Positions 56,449 to 64,000 of a stretch of 64,000 nucleotides of DNA are shown piece by piece. This DNA is from a virus. The position numbers and the translations under genes were made by a program. Location: IMG/VR virus record IMGVR_UViG_3300019889_000007, positions 24,763 to 88,762 of that record. One strand, given 5' to 3'. How positions within the stretch are numbered: the stretch's first letter is position 1; every line of letters begins with the position of its first letter. The notes under the pieces were generated by a model. It was not told the origin of the DNA, ran no database searches, and saw only the letters and a program-made list of their open reading frames with translations.

Positions 56449-58178
56449 TACTGCCCACCCCCTTGAAGAAATGTGGTCAGCACGTCGATGTCGTGCGCTT
56501 TCCGGCTGATCAGCCGGTTCCTGGTGTAGGCCGCGACCGGTGCGACGAGCGCTGGTTCGGCTTGTTCCAGTTCGGAGAAGGCGCCACGTAGGCAGGCGGC
56601 GGTGACGTCGCTGTTGCCGGGGGAGACGTGGGTGTGGATGTCGTGCAATGGCACGTCGCGATATTTGCCGCGCAGTGATCGGCCGCCGGAGTTCAGCAGG
56701 TAGGAACCGGCGCGGCCCAAGGCCCGGCGGGCGGCGACATCGGCGCACGCGACCCATCCGTTGCCGCTGGTGGGTGCCGTGGCCGAGGCGGGAAGCCGTA
56801 CTTGGCTTTCGGCGGTCGCAGCGGGTCCTTGGCCGTTCTGCCCGAACTCGACACGGTTGAGGCGGGCTTTGACGACTGGGGGAATCCAGCCTTCCGGTGG
56901 TGCGTCGGCCGGGCCGTAGCCGATGGTTTCTCGTGCGGCGTCGCCGGAGACCAGGCCGAGTTCGTAGGCGGCCAGCGCGACTTCGGCCTTGTTGGGGGTG
57001 TTTTCTAGGGACGAGTCGTCGTACCAGATCATGTACGACTCGGGGTCGGGGATTCCCATGGCGCGAAGCGCGGGCTGGTAGTACTTGCGGGTCAGTTCCC
57101 GGCAGATAAATGACAGGGAAGGCCCGACGTTCAGCTTCTGCCCGGCACTGTCCACTTGCCACGCTGTCCAGTGGTTCAGGTCGCCCATTCCTGAAAGGAC
57201 TTCAGGCGGAATATCCAAACCGATGGCGATCCGCCGCACCGCAGAAGTCCGCAGCTCATCGACCATTTCCGAGAACGGTGTCTGGAGGGAGAGGTGCCGG
57301 ACGGCGTTGAGCGCTTCTGCGTTTCCTTCGACCATGACCGGTAGGTGCCGGGAGATGTCTTGAGGACTGCGGAACGAGGCTTGCGCGGTGCGGGTCAACG
57401 CCCGCATCAGGCTGGAGCCTTTGGGCGGGTTGACGCCGGTGGATTGGCCCGGCGCGATCGGTTTGAGGCTGGAGGGCACCAACAGGATGCCCGCTCCGGC
57501 CAGGCGGGAACGGGCGGCGGTCTGGACGTGCCCGGACAGGTCTACCAGTTCGTGGAGGGTGTCGATCAACGCCCGTACGGGTGAGTCCGGGCAGGTCGAG
57601 TCCATCGGATGCGGCATCCACATAGGAATCACCCATGCGGCTCGTGACCGGTACTCCGCAGGCAGCCCTTCGATCAGGCGGTACATCTGCATCTGGGCGC
57701 CGGTGTCGGGGTGGTTGAACCGGATCTCGGCGCCGACTTCGGTGTACTCCCGATCGGACAGGACGATCCACCGCCGCCGTCCGCCGAGGACCGGGTCGTC
57801 GAATCCGACCATCCACCATTTGCCGACCAGCTTCAGCAGGGTCGTCATCCGGTGCAGCAGTGTCGCCTGCTCCGGCGCCGTGGGCGCCAACTCGTACAGC
57901 GGCAGTGCCGCACGTGAGTCTTCGTCCAACGGGATCGGTGGGGCCGCCGGGTGTTCGGGGACCCGCGCGGCGATCAGCGCCGCCCTCGACGCTGACGACG
58001 CCGACCAGGAAATCCCGTACCGCAGCTCGGGTACGACATCGAACATCTGCACGGCTTCGGCTTCCCAGCCGCGTGTGGCATTGGTCAGGGAAAACGGGGA
58101 GCCCTCATACGGGCCACGGATTCCAGTGCCACGGCCGACCGCCGCCGTCAGTGACGCCCACCAGTTTTTGACTCCCAC
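56448..58178 (-). CDS. Portal protein
   Basis: VPELRY, PHP...DSPVRA, SRLAGAGILLVP, RIAIGLDIPPEVLSG..LNHWTAWQ. Confidence 0.88.
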   Translation of the reverse strand: MGVKNWWASLTAAVGRGTGIRGPYEGSPFSLTNATRGWEAEAVQMFDVVPELRYGISWSASSASRAALIAARVPEHPAAPPIPLDEDSRAALPLYELAPTAPEQATLLHRMTTLLKLVGKWWMVGFDDPVLGGRRRWIVLSDREYTEVGAEIRFNHPDTGAQMQMYRLIEGLPAEYRSRAAWVIPMWMPHPMDSTCPDSPVRALIDTLHELVDLSGHVQTAARSRLAGAGILLVPSSLKPIAPGQSTGVNPPKGSSLMRALTRTAQASFRSPQDISRHLPVMVEGNAEALNAVRHLSLQTPFSEMVDELRTSAVRRIAIGLDIPPEVLSGMGDLNHWTAWQVDSAGQKLNVGPSLSFICRELTRKYYQPALRAMGIPDPESYMIWYDDSSLENTPNKAEVALAAYELGLVSGDAARETIGYGPADAPPEGWIPPVVKARLNRVEFGQNGQGPAATAESQVRLPASATAPTSGNGWVACADVAARRALGRAGSYLLNSGGRSLRGKYRDVPLHDIHTHVSPGNSDVTAACLRGAFSELEQAEPALVAPVAAYTRNRLISRKAHDIDVLTTFLQGGGQ

Positions 58179-58535
58179 TTAGTCCTCCTGGTCGGATTGC
58201 GCGCCAGGGGGAGAAAAGACCACCAGAGGCGCCACCGGTGTCACGTCGACTTCGTGGCGCTGCGGCATCCCAGCGAACAAGGTGGCTCCGGCCAGCCAGG
58301 AACCGGTCAATGCGATGGCACCGACCTGCCACCAGGCGTGATGCGACCACACCCACCACGACATCGCCACGGGGAAAGACAGCCATATTGAGGCGCACCA
58401 GCCGCAGGTGATGAGCTTGCCGACCCATCCCGACAAGTGCTTTCTGATGGGCTCGGTGATCGTGTCGAGGACGACCAGCCGCGTCAGGCGCAGCATCACG
58501 CCCATCGCCAGCAGCACGGTTATCCAGTCATCCAC
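58179..58535 (-). CDS. DUF1360-like membrane protein
   Basis: RLTRLVVLDTITEPIR...LITCGWCASIW. Confidence 0.8.
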   Translation of the reverse strand: MDDWITVLLAMGVMLRLTRLVVLDTITEPIRKHLSGWVGKLITCGWCASIWLSFPVAMSWWVWSHHAWWQVGAIALTGSWLAGATLFAGMPQRHEVDVTPVAPLVVFSPPGAQSDQED

Positions 58536-58632
58536 CCAAACAGCATAAAACGGACAACCAGAACAAAACGACTCGAACCCGATCAAATCTCAACAATTTG
58601 CCGATGCACCGACGGACGCTAACCTCAGCGGT

Positions 58633-58975
58633 GATGAATTACGAACAATTCAAAGCAACTCTCTACGGCATGACGATCGCCATGAGACACCGAATCGCTG
58701 AAGAAGATTTCCTCGAAATCACCTCGACGTTCTCATGTGGAGAACACCATCACGGTGCCGTAGACCTGATCTTCAGTATCTCGGCCAGCGGACTTGGGGT
58801 TTACGACATCGAGCACCGACACCTTGCCGCATGCTGGGAGTACATGAAAGAAGACAAATCGATGCCCCCCATCGCGATTCTGGAACCCGGTCAAGGCCCA
58901 TGGGGGCCGGTAGCCACATCCGTGTCAAGAAACCCCGAGGAGACATATGCCATCCCACCAGAGTTGGAAGATTGA
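58633..58975 (+). CDS. Hypothetical protein (MafI-like helical bundle)
   Basis: MRHRIAEEDF...CGE...A..LI...E..HL...W. Confidence 0.55.
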
Positions 58976-59264
58976 CCTCACCCTGGAAATTCGCGCCAGC
59001 ATCCCGATCACCGTCGATGACCTGATCAAACTGACCGCACTATGCGGTTCACGAGTCACCGTGGAAATGTGCGGCCAGACACTACGGTTCGCTACCACGG
59101 TGACACCCCATAGAAGAACACCACCCGCCACAATCCAGAACAACCAGAAGCTGCTGTTCAAACGCATCTTGGCCGAATACTTCGACGCTGACGTCCGCTC
59201 CATCGCACAACTGACCCGATTCACCATCGAACCAACAGAAGGCAACAATGACGACCATTCGTGA
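58947..59264 (+). CDS. Hypothetical protein
   Basis: GAGGAG SD. Confidence 0.55.
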   Translation: MPSHQSWKIDLTLEIRASIPITVDDLIKLTALCGSRVTVEMCGQTLRFATTVTPHRRTPPATIQNNQKLLFKRILAEYFDADVRSIAQLTRFTIEPTEGNNDDHS

Positions 59265-59565
59265 ACATCCCCTCAAAGGCGAGTTCGACATCACCACTGC
59301 CACCTGGACCCGCACCAAAACCGAAGACGGCACCCCCGGCCGTCTGGAAATCGGTGTCGCTACCAACGGCCTCTACGCGCTGCGGTACTTCGACGAGCCC
59401 TATGGCGTGATCCTGATCTACACCACCGACGAATGGGATGCTTTCGTCGACGGCGTCAGCGAAGGCGAATTCGATATGGACGTGCTGGAGCAGGACGCCC
59501 GCGACCAGGCCGCCGCGAACGCAGCGGCCATCGACACATCGACACCCACAGAACCAACCGTGTAA
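59248..59565 (+). CDS. Stand-alone DUF397-like protein
   Basis: ATWTR...LEIG...ALR...P..VILIYTTDEWDAFVDGVSEGEFD. Confidence 0.75.
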   Translation: MTTIREHPLKGEFDITTATWTRTKTEDGTPGRLEIGVATNGLYALRYFDEPYGVILIYTTDEWDAFVDGVSEGEFDMDVLEQDARDQAAANAAAIDTSTPTEPTV

Positions 59566-59695
59566 GCTTCACGACGATAGTCCCAGCCCGGTGATTCCAG
59601 TTTTAGCAGTATTTCTGGAATCACCGGGTCTTTCATTCCAGTTTCCACCACCGAACCGGCGCCTACAACCAGGCGCGGGTGAGACACTACCGGGC

Positions 59696-59968
59696 GTGCC
59701 GATCTACAAAACCCGTCCCGAAGTCACCATCGAAGCCCACCAATGGACCCCCGTCGACACGTTCGAAGCCGGGAAAGTCCTCGGCTGGCTCATGGAACAG
59801 AAAGTCCACTTCGTCCTGACAGGGTGCGGCCCCGACACGCAACTGGTCATCTCCACGCTCGAAGGCCCGATGACCGCGCCACCGAACTGGTGGATCATCA
59901 AAGGACTCATCGGCGAGTTCTATGCCTGCGATCCAGCGGCTTTCCGCGCCAAATACTTCCCGATCTGA
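59696..59968 (+). CDS. Conserved small phage protein (TLEG...IIKG..GEFY.C type)
   Basis: IEAHQW...ISTLEGPMTAPPNWWIIKGLIGEFYACDP. Confidence 0.8.
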   Translation: MPIYKTRPEVTIEAHQWTPVDTFEAGKVLGWLMEQKVHFVLTGCGPDTQLVISTLEGPMTAPPNWWIIKGLIGEFYACDPAAFRAKYFPI

Positions 59969-60101
59969 CACCGCCGGTACGCTACTATCGGTTGGCAGGA
60001 ACAAAACCCCCCTCAGGTGGCTTCTCTACACCTGAGCGCGTGGGCGGTGCCCGGCGGTTGGGGTTTTTCGCCGGGCACCATCTCTACCTAGGATGACTTC
60101 C

Positions 60102-60572
60102 ATGCCTGTCTCAAAAATCGCGCAAGAGCTTCGCACTGCCATGAAAGACACCTGGTCAAGGATCAGCGCTATCGCGCCGTACCCCGATACTGCTGAAGAG
60201 GCCACTGCCGAAGCGATGATTAAGTACGCCGCGTTGGAAGGCAGCACCCGGAACCATTTCATGGGGCTCCCGTTCTCCGGGTTCGACGCCAAGACAGATC
60301 AGGACCTGGCCATGGGCCTGGTATATCAGTTCTCGGTGGCGTTCCTGCTGGACCACATCCGTCAGGTCTCACCGGAAACCGCTGACGAGGTATCCCGCGA
60401 ACTGTGGGAGCACCTGGTCGCCGGGGACACACCAGCGGCACTTCTGCATGAACTACTGCGGGACATGGACATCGACACCTCGCCACTGTTCGAAGCGACC
60501 ACGGCGATCGCCAACAGCAACGGACCGACCAAGGCCGATGCTGTCGAAGCGGTAGAAGATGCCGGTCTATAG
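60102..60572 (+). CDS. Hypothetical protein
   Basis: TAGGAT -10 box 7 nt before ATG; high GC3. Confidence 0.6.
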   Translation: MPVSKIAQELRTAMKDTWSRISAIAPYPDTAEEATAEAMIKYAALEGSTRNHFMGLPFSGFDAKTDQDLAMGLVYQFSVAFLLDHIRQVSPETADEVSRELWEHLVAGDTPAALLHELLRDMDIDTSPLFEATTAIANSNGPTKADAVEAVEDAGL

Positions 60573-60849
60573 CTACCGGTACGCGGTGGTGGATCAACGG
60601 CAGCTGATAGCCGTATACGACGACTCTGCCGTGGCTTATGAACACGTCGACAGGGTGAACACACAACTGCCTCGGGTCAATGGTCGGGGAAAGCTCCGGC
60701 CGCGAGCCCGCGTCGAGCATCTGACCACACAGCTGTGCGATGTCTGCGGCACGCCGTTGCTTCTGGACCGGCAATGCGGATCTGACTGTCCATTGGGTAT
60801 GGGGCTTGAGTTTGTGCGTCGGTTCAAACCACGGTCGGATTTCCTGTAG
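60559..60849 (+). CDS. Hypothetical Zn-binding protein
   Basis: CDVC...CGSDC. Confidence 0.5.
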   Translation: MPVYSYRYAVVDQRQLIAVYDDSAVAYEHVDRVNTQLPRVNGRGKLRPRARVEHLTTQLCDVCGTPLLLDRQCGSDCPLGMGLEFVRRFKPRSDFL

Positions 60850-61123
60850 GCTCTGGCCCGGATACTGGTGGGCTGCGATCCTGGAATCATGCCAAACGTT
60901 TGAAGGTCTACTGGAGCGGACTAGGCCCGCCGGTGTTCACCATAGATTTTTCTCGTGGTCGGCCGCAGCAAAGGAACGGCCGACCACAATGAGTGTCTGG
61001 GCACTGCCCAGCATTTCCCTATCAAATCGGGCTGTGGACCCCTGTTGATGTGGCTTGATGCTAACAGCCGTCAGACCCCCGGAACGGTGTCATGGTTTGT
61101 CACAGTTTCGTTGCGTCGAAGGC

Positions 61124-62632
61124 TTACCAGAGGTCAATGGTTTCCCAGTCGTCAGGTTGATCATTAATCGATTCCCCAATGGACGGTTCTATGATGTTGG
61201 GTTTCTCCCACACCGTTTTCCCGATCAACCCCTGCACCAGATAAGTCGCGGCATCGATCCGGCCGGGCGACTCTTTCGCACCCTGCTGCCACGTCGTCCA
61301 TTCCTTGATCAGGTTCGCCATGGCCCCTACTACCCGCACTTGACCTTGCACCCATTTCTGGGCGACGGGGTCCGCCCTGATCCGTTTCCCATACTTGGCA
61401 CGCACTTCCTCAATCTTGGGTATCAGGTACCCGTCTTCGATGACACCGGTTTCTTCCAGGTGCTGCCACCCGGATTGGATCATCGCGGCGTTCATTTGCC
61501 CGCCGAAGTTCGTTTCCACAAAAATCACGTCAGCGGTCATCTCATACGCCAACAGCGCGACCTCTTTACCCCAGTCGGTGGGCGACAGCTGCGCGGTCTT
61601 ATCGGCGGTGATGAAGCACCGCCCGTCATCGGAGGCGAACCCCGCGACGATCCCGCATTCATCACCTCCGACGGTCCCGGACGGGTCGACCGCGATCCCC
61701 ACTCGCACCGCCGCCGGAAGCGCCTCACCCGGCGGCCACATCGACGCCTGCATCGCGGTCTCGCTCAGCAGCGTCCCCTCCACCGGCTGCGGGTCGCACA
61801 TATACATGGAGTGCCAGTCCCGCAACGACACGTTGCGGCGCATCTCGTTCCAGAAGTCGGTCAGCTCTTCGACGTCGTCGGCGATCTTGGGGTGGCCCAG
61901 TGGCTCACCGATACCCCGACCGAGCGGGTCATCGAGTGAGTCGGCAAACGCTGGAAGCCGAATCACCTGCCATTGCCCGGCCTCCCGTTCCAGGAGCCGC
62001 CCGGCGATATCGTCCTCATGCCACCGCGTCAACACCATGCACACCGGCGTCCCCGGTGACTGACGGGTGATGAACGTCGACGACCACCAGTCGTCGACCC
62101 GGTCCCGCTGCCCCTTGGATTCGGCTTCCTCACGGTTCTTGTGCGGGTCGTCGCAGATCAACAGGTCGGCGTCGTGCCCGGTCAGACCGGCCCCGACACT
62201 GGTAGTACGCATACCGCCGCCGGTCGACAGAATCCATGCCTGTGCTGTCCGGGCGTCGCCCGACAGTTCAAGCCCGACCCTCGGCCCGTGTTCGCGTACC
62301 ATCCGCCGGACGTCACGACCCCACTTTTTGGCCAGGTCTGTGGAGTACGCGGCGGCTACGACGTGGTGTTCGGGGTGGTGGGTCAACCACCAGAACGGCA
62401 GATTCTTCGCCACGAGTTCGGATTTCCCGGCACGCGGCGGCGCGAAGATCATGAGCTTCTTCGTCCCGCCCGGCCGGTTCAGGTCGGCCAGGGCGTCACC
62501 GATGACCTTGTGATGTGCCCGCACCCGATACCGGTGGTTCAACCAGCGGGCAATCGACGCCGGAGACCGCAACGCTTCCAGGTGCGCCGCGTACGCCTTC
62601 AACTGGTCAACGGACAACTTGGACAAATCCAT
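61124..62632 (-). CDS. terL: Terminase large subunit
   Basis: PPRAGKS Walker A, LLICDDPHK Walker B, TRWHEDD, IAVDPS nuclease, SPGRIDA. Confidence 0.95.
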   Translation of the reverse strand: MDLSKLSVDQLKAYAAHLEALRSPASIARWLNHRYRVRAHHKVIGDALADLNRPGGTKKLMIFAPPRAGKSELVAKNLPFWWLTHHPEHHVVAAAYSTDLAKKWGRDVRRMVREHGPRVGLELSGDARTAQAWILSTGGGMRTTSVGAGLTGHDADLLICDDPHKNREEAESKGQRDRVDDWWSSTFITRQSPGTPVCMVLTRWHEDDIAGRLLEREAGQWQVIRLPAFADSLDDPLGRGIGEPLGHPKIADDVEELTDFWNEMRRNVSLRDWHSMYMCDPQPVEGTLLSETAMQASMWPPGEALPAAVRVGIAVDPSGTVGGDECGIVAGFASDDGRCFITADKTAQLSPTDWGKEVALLAYEMTADVIFVETNFGGQMNAAMIQSGWQHLEETGVIEDGYLIPKIEEVRAKYGKRIRADPVAQKWVQGQVRVVGAMANLIKEWTTWQQGAKESPGRIDAATYLVQGLIGKTVWEKPNIIEPSIGESINDQPDDWETIDLW

Positions 62633-62673
62633 GGAATAACCATAGATCGGACATTCACGACATTACGGGTTTG

Positions 62674-63315
62674 TTACTGGTCGTCGGGGTCGGTGACTTC
62701 TTCATCGTCGCGCAGCGCCGCGACACCACCTCGGGCGTTGATCTCGTTCATGATCTCGTCGATCTGCCCCTCGATATAGGCGGTGTTCTGTCCGATCGGG
62801 AGACTGATGTCCACCCCCACACCGACACCGTTGTACCCGCCAGCGCCACGCTGGGCGATCCCGAGCAGGTTGTCTTCGGCGACCAACTGGATTTTCAGCA
62901 GCTCCAGAATGTCCCGGATCTTCCAGTCGGCCGGGTCCTTGTCTTTGAGCACGTCAAGAGTCAGGCCCCGGATTTCTTCCAACAGGTCGAGCCGGTCACG
63001 CATGACCTTGATCCGTGCGTCCGCGATCTTCCCGCCGAGGTCGGCCTCACGGTCCTCATCCCATGCCCTGGCCCGTTTCACCCACAGGTACTTCACCGAG
63101 ACGCGTTTCAAATGCCGGGGCGACCATTTGACGTCGTCGGCCATCTCCTGCACGTTGCGGGGCTTGGGTTCACCGGTACGGGAGTCCACCCGCATCGCCA
63201 GACGGATGTACCGCCGGAACGCCGCATAATGTTCGTCGGCCTCGGTCGGCTGCTGATCCCACGGCAACAGGTCGACATCCAGCTCGAAAACATCGTCGAC
63301 AACAACTTCACCCAT
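62674..63315 (-). CDS. Terminase small subunit (putative)
   Basis: PWDQQPTE...YAAFRRY...WVKRARAWD; directly upstream of TerL. Confidence 0.72.
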   Translation of the reverse strand: MGEVVVDDVFELDVDLLPWDQQPTEADEHYAAFRRYIRLAMRVDSRTGEPKPRNVQEMADDVKWSPRHLKRVSVKYLWVKRARAWDEDREADLGGKIADARIKVMRDRLDLLEEIRGLTLDVLKDKDPADWKIRDILELLKIQLVAEDNLLGIAQRGAGGYNGVGVGVDISLPIGQNTAYIEGQIDEIMNEINARGGVAALRDDEEVTDPDDQ

Positions 63316-63391
63316 ACGCCCCAGTTTAAACCGGTATGCCCGATTTATACACAAGGCGGTGCGGGCCACCAGGTACGCCACAATCAACCCC

Positions 63392-63610
63392 GTGCCACAA
63401 CTTCCCCGACTGACCCCCGTCCTGCGGCGTGCCCGACGTATCCTGTTCGTCCTGTCGATCCTCGCCGCGCAACTCTTCGCCGCCGCCGACAACAGCCCAC
63501 TGGCGTACATCGCCGGGCTCGCATCCTGCGGATTCTGTGCGCTCCTGTTCGCCACCTGGTGGTATGACAAGGGGTACGACAAACGCCACAGCATCGCTCG
63601 ACGCGAATAA
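63392..63610 (+). CDS. Small membrane protein
   Basis: Two hydrophobic segments. Confidence 0.5.
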   Translation: MPQLPRLTPVLRRARRILFVLSILAAQLFAAADNSPLAYIAGLASCGFCALLFATWWYDKGYDKRHSIARRE

Positions 63611-63630
63611 ACTGGACACGGGGGAACTAG

Positions 63631-63816
63631 ATGACACCACCACGACGTAGCTGCAACTGCGAATCGCCCAGAATCGACGAGTCAACAGAACAACCCGTCA
63701 TCCAACATTTTCACAAGGTCCTGATCGCCGGAATAGTCCTGTGGTCGCTCCTGGCCATATCCGCAACAATCCTGGCGATCTGGCTCATCCTGCGCCTCGT
63801 CTTCGAACTAGTCTAA
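63631..63816 (+). CDS. Small single-TM protein
   Basis: GGGGGA SD; hydrophobic C-terminus. Confidence 0.5.
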   Translation: MTPPRRSCNCESPRIDESTEQPVIQHFHKVLIAGIVLWSLLAISATILAIWLILRLVFELV

Positions 63817-64000
63817 AAAGGATACCCGTTTCATGCCGTACATCGTGGTCCTGGGAACCGGCCAAGGCAAAGAACCCCACCAATGCCACGCCGCCCTCGT
63901 CGGCCCACTCCTATCGACCGCCGACGCCCAATCCGCCCTCGACCTGTACCTGAAACAACGCCCCGACCTCAAACCCCGCATCGAAGAATGCACACCCATC

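Larger units (their letters stand above)
1..64000. mobile_element. Actinobacterial siphovirus / phage-plasmid genome segment (whole window)
   Basis: Complete head-tail gene set at 34.7-63.3 kb; SSB/RecT/exonuclease, ParA and a Cre-like recombinase; dense small ORFs; no host housekeeping genes. Confidence 0.93.

Noticed and set aside
56449-57162. N-terminal 238 aa of the 799-aa ORF
   Set aside because: An Arg-rich shadow frame over the portal gene; the real start is the TAATG-coupled ATG at 56448

Overview
This window is 64 kb of a large, GC-rich actinobacterial tailed phage or phage-plasmid. The host is probably a filamentous actinomycete, judged from the XRE-DUF5753/DUF397 and SSI-inhibitor genes. 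No host chromosomal genes are visible. About 1-34.7 kb is mostly plus-strand early/accessory DNA: SSB, ParB-like protein, RecT-like annealase, Cas4/RecB-like exonuclease, XRE regulators, a Cre-like tyrosine recombinase, endolysin, a ParA partition module and many small ORFs. About 34.7-63.3 kb is a minus-strand siphovirus morphogenesis cluster resembling cluster-B/Rosebush-type phages: TerS, TerL, portal, maturation protein, hexamer and pentamer capsid proteins, tail tube with PKD repeats, tape measure and tail tip. Two opposite-strand accessory islands interrupt this cluster. The stand-out element, not shown by the ORF track, is at 22.2-24.4 kb. A sigma70-type promoter drives three tandem ~155-nt YrlA-type Y RNAs (circularly permuted tRNA mimics) directly into a Ro60/TROVE gene. 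Each RNA has a different tRNA identity: one shows a Glu(UUC)-like anticodon loop, one a coherent Ser(UGA) class-II mimic, and one has no anticodon arm. Other candidates for anti-defence or decoy functions are an Acb2/Tad1-like protein, an antitoxin-MazF fusion with an operator and internal start, an apparently inactive RNA ligase, an apparently inactive GDPD tail domain, an SSI inhibitor with P1-Asp, and a signal-less LPXTG protein. All family assignments come from motif recognition by eye, not database searches.
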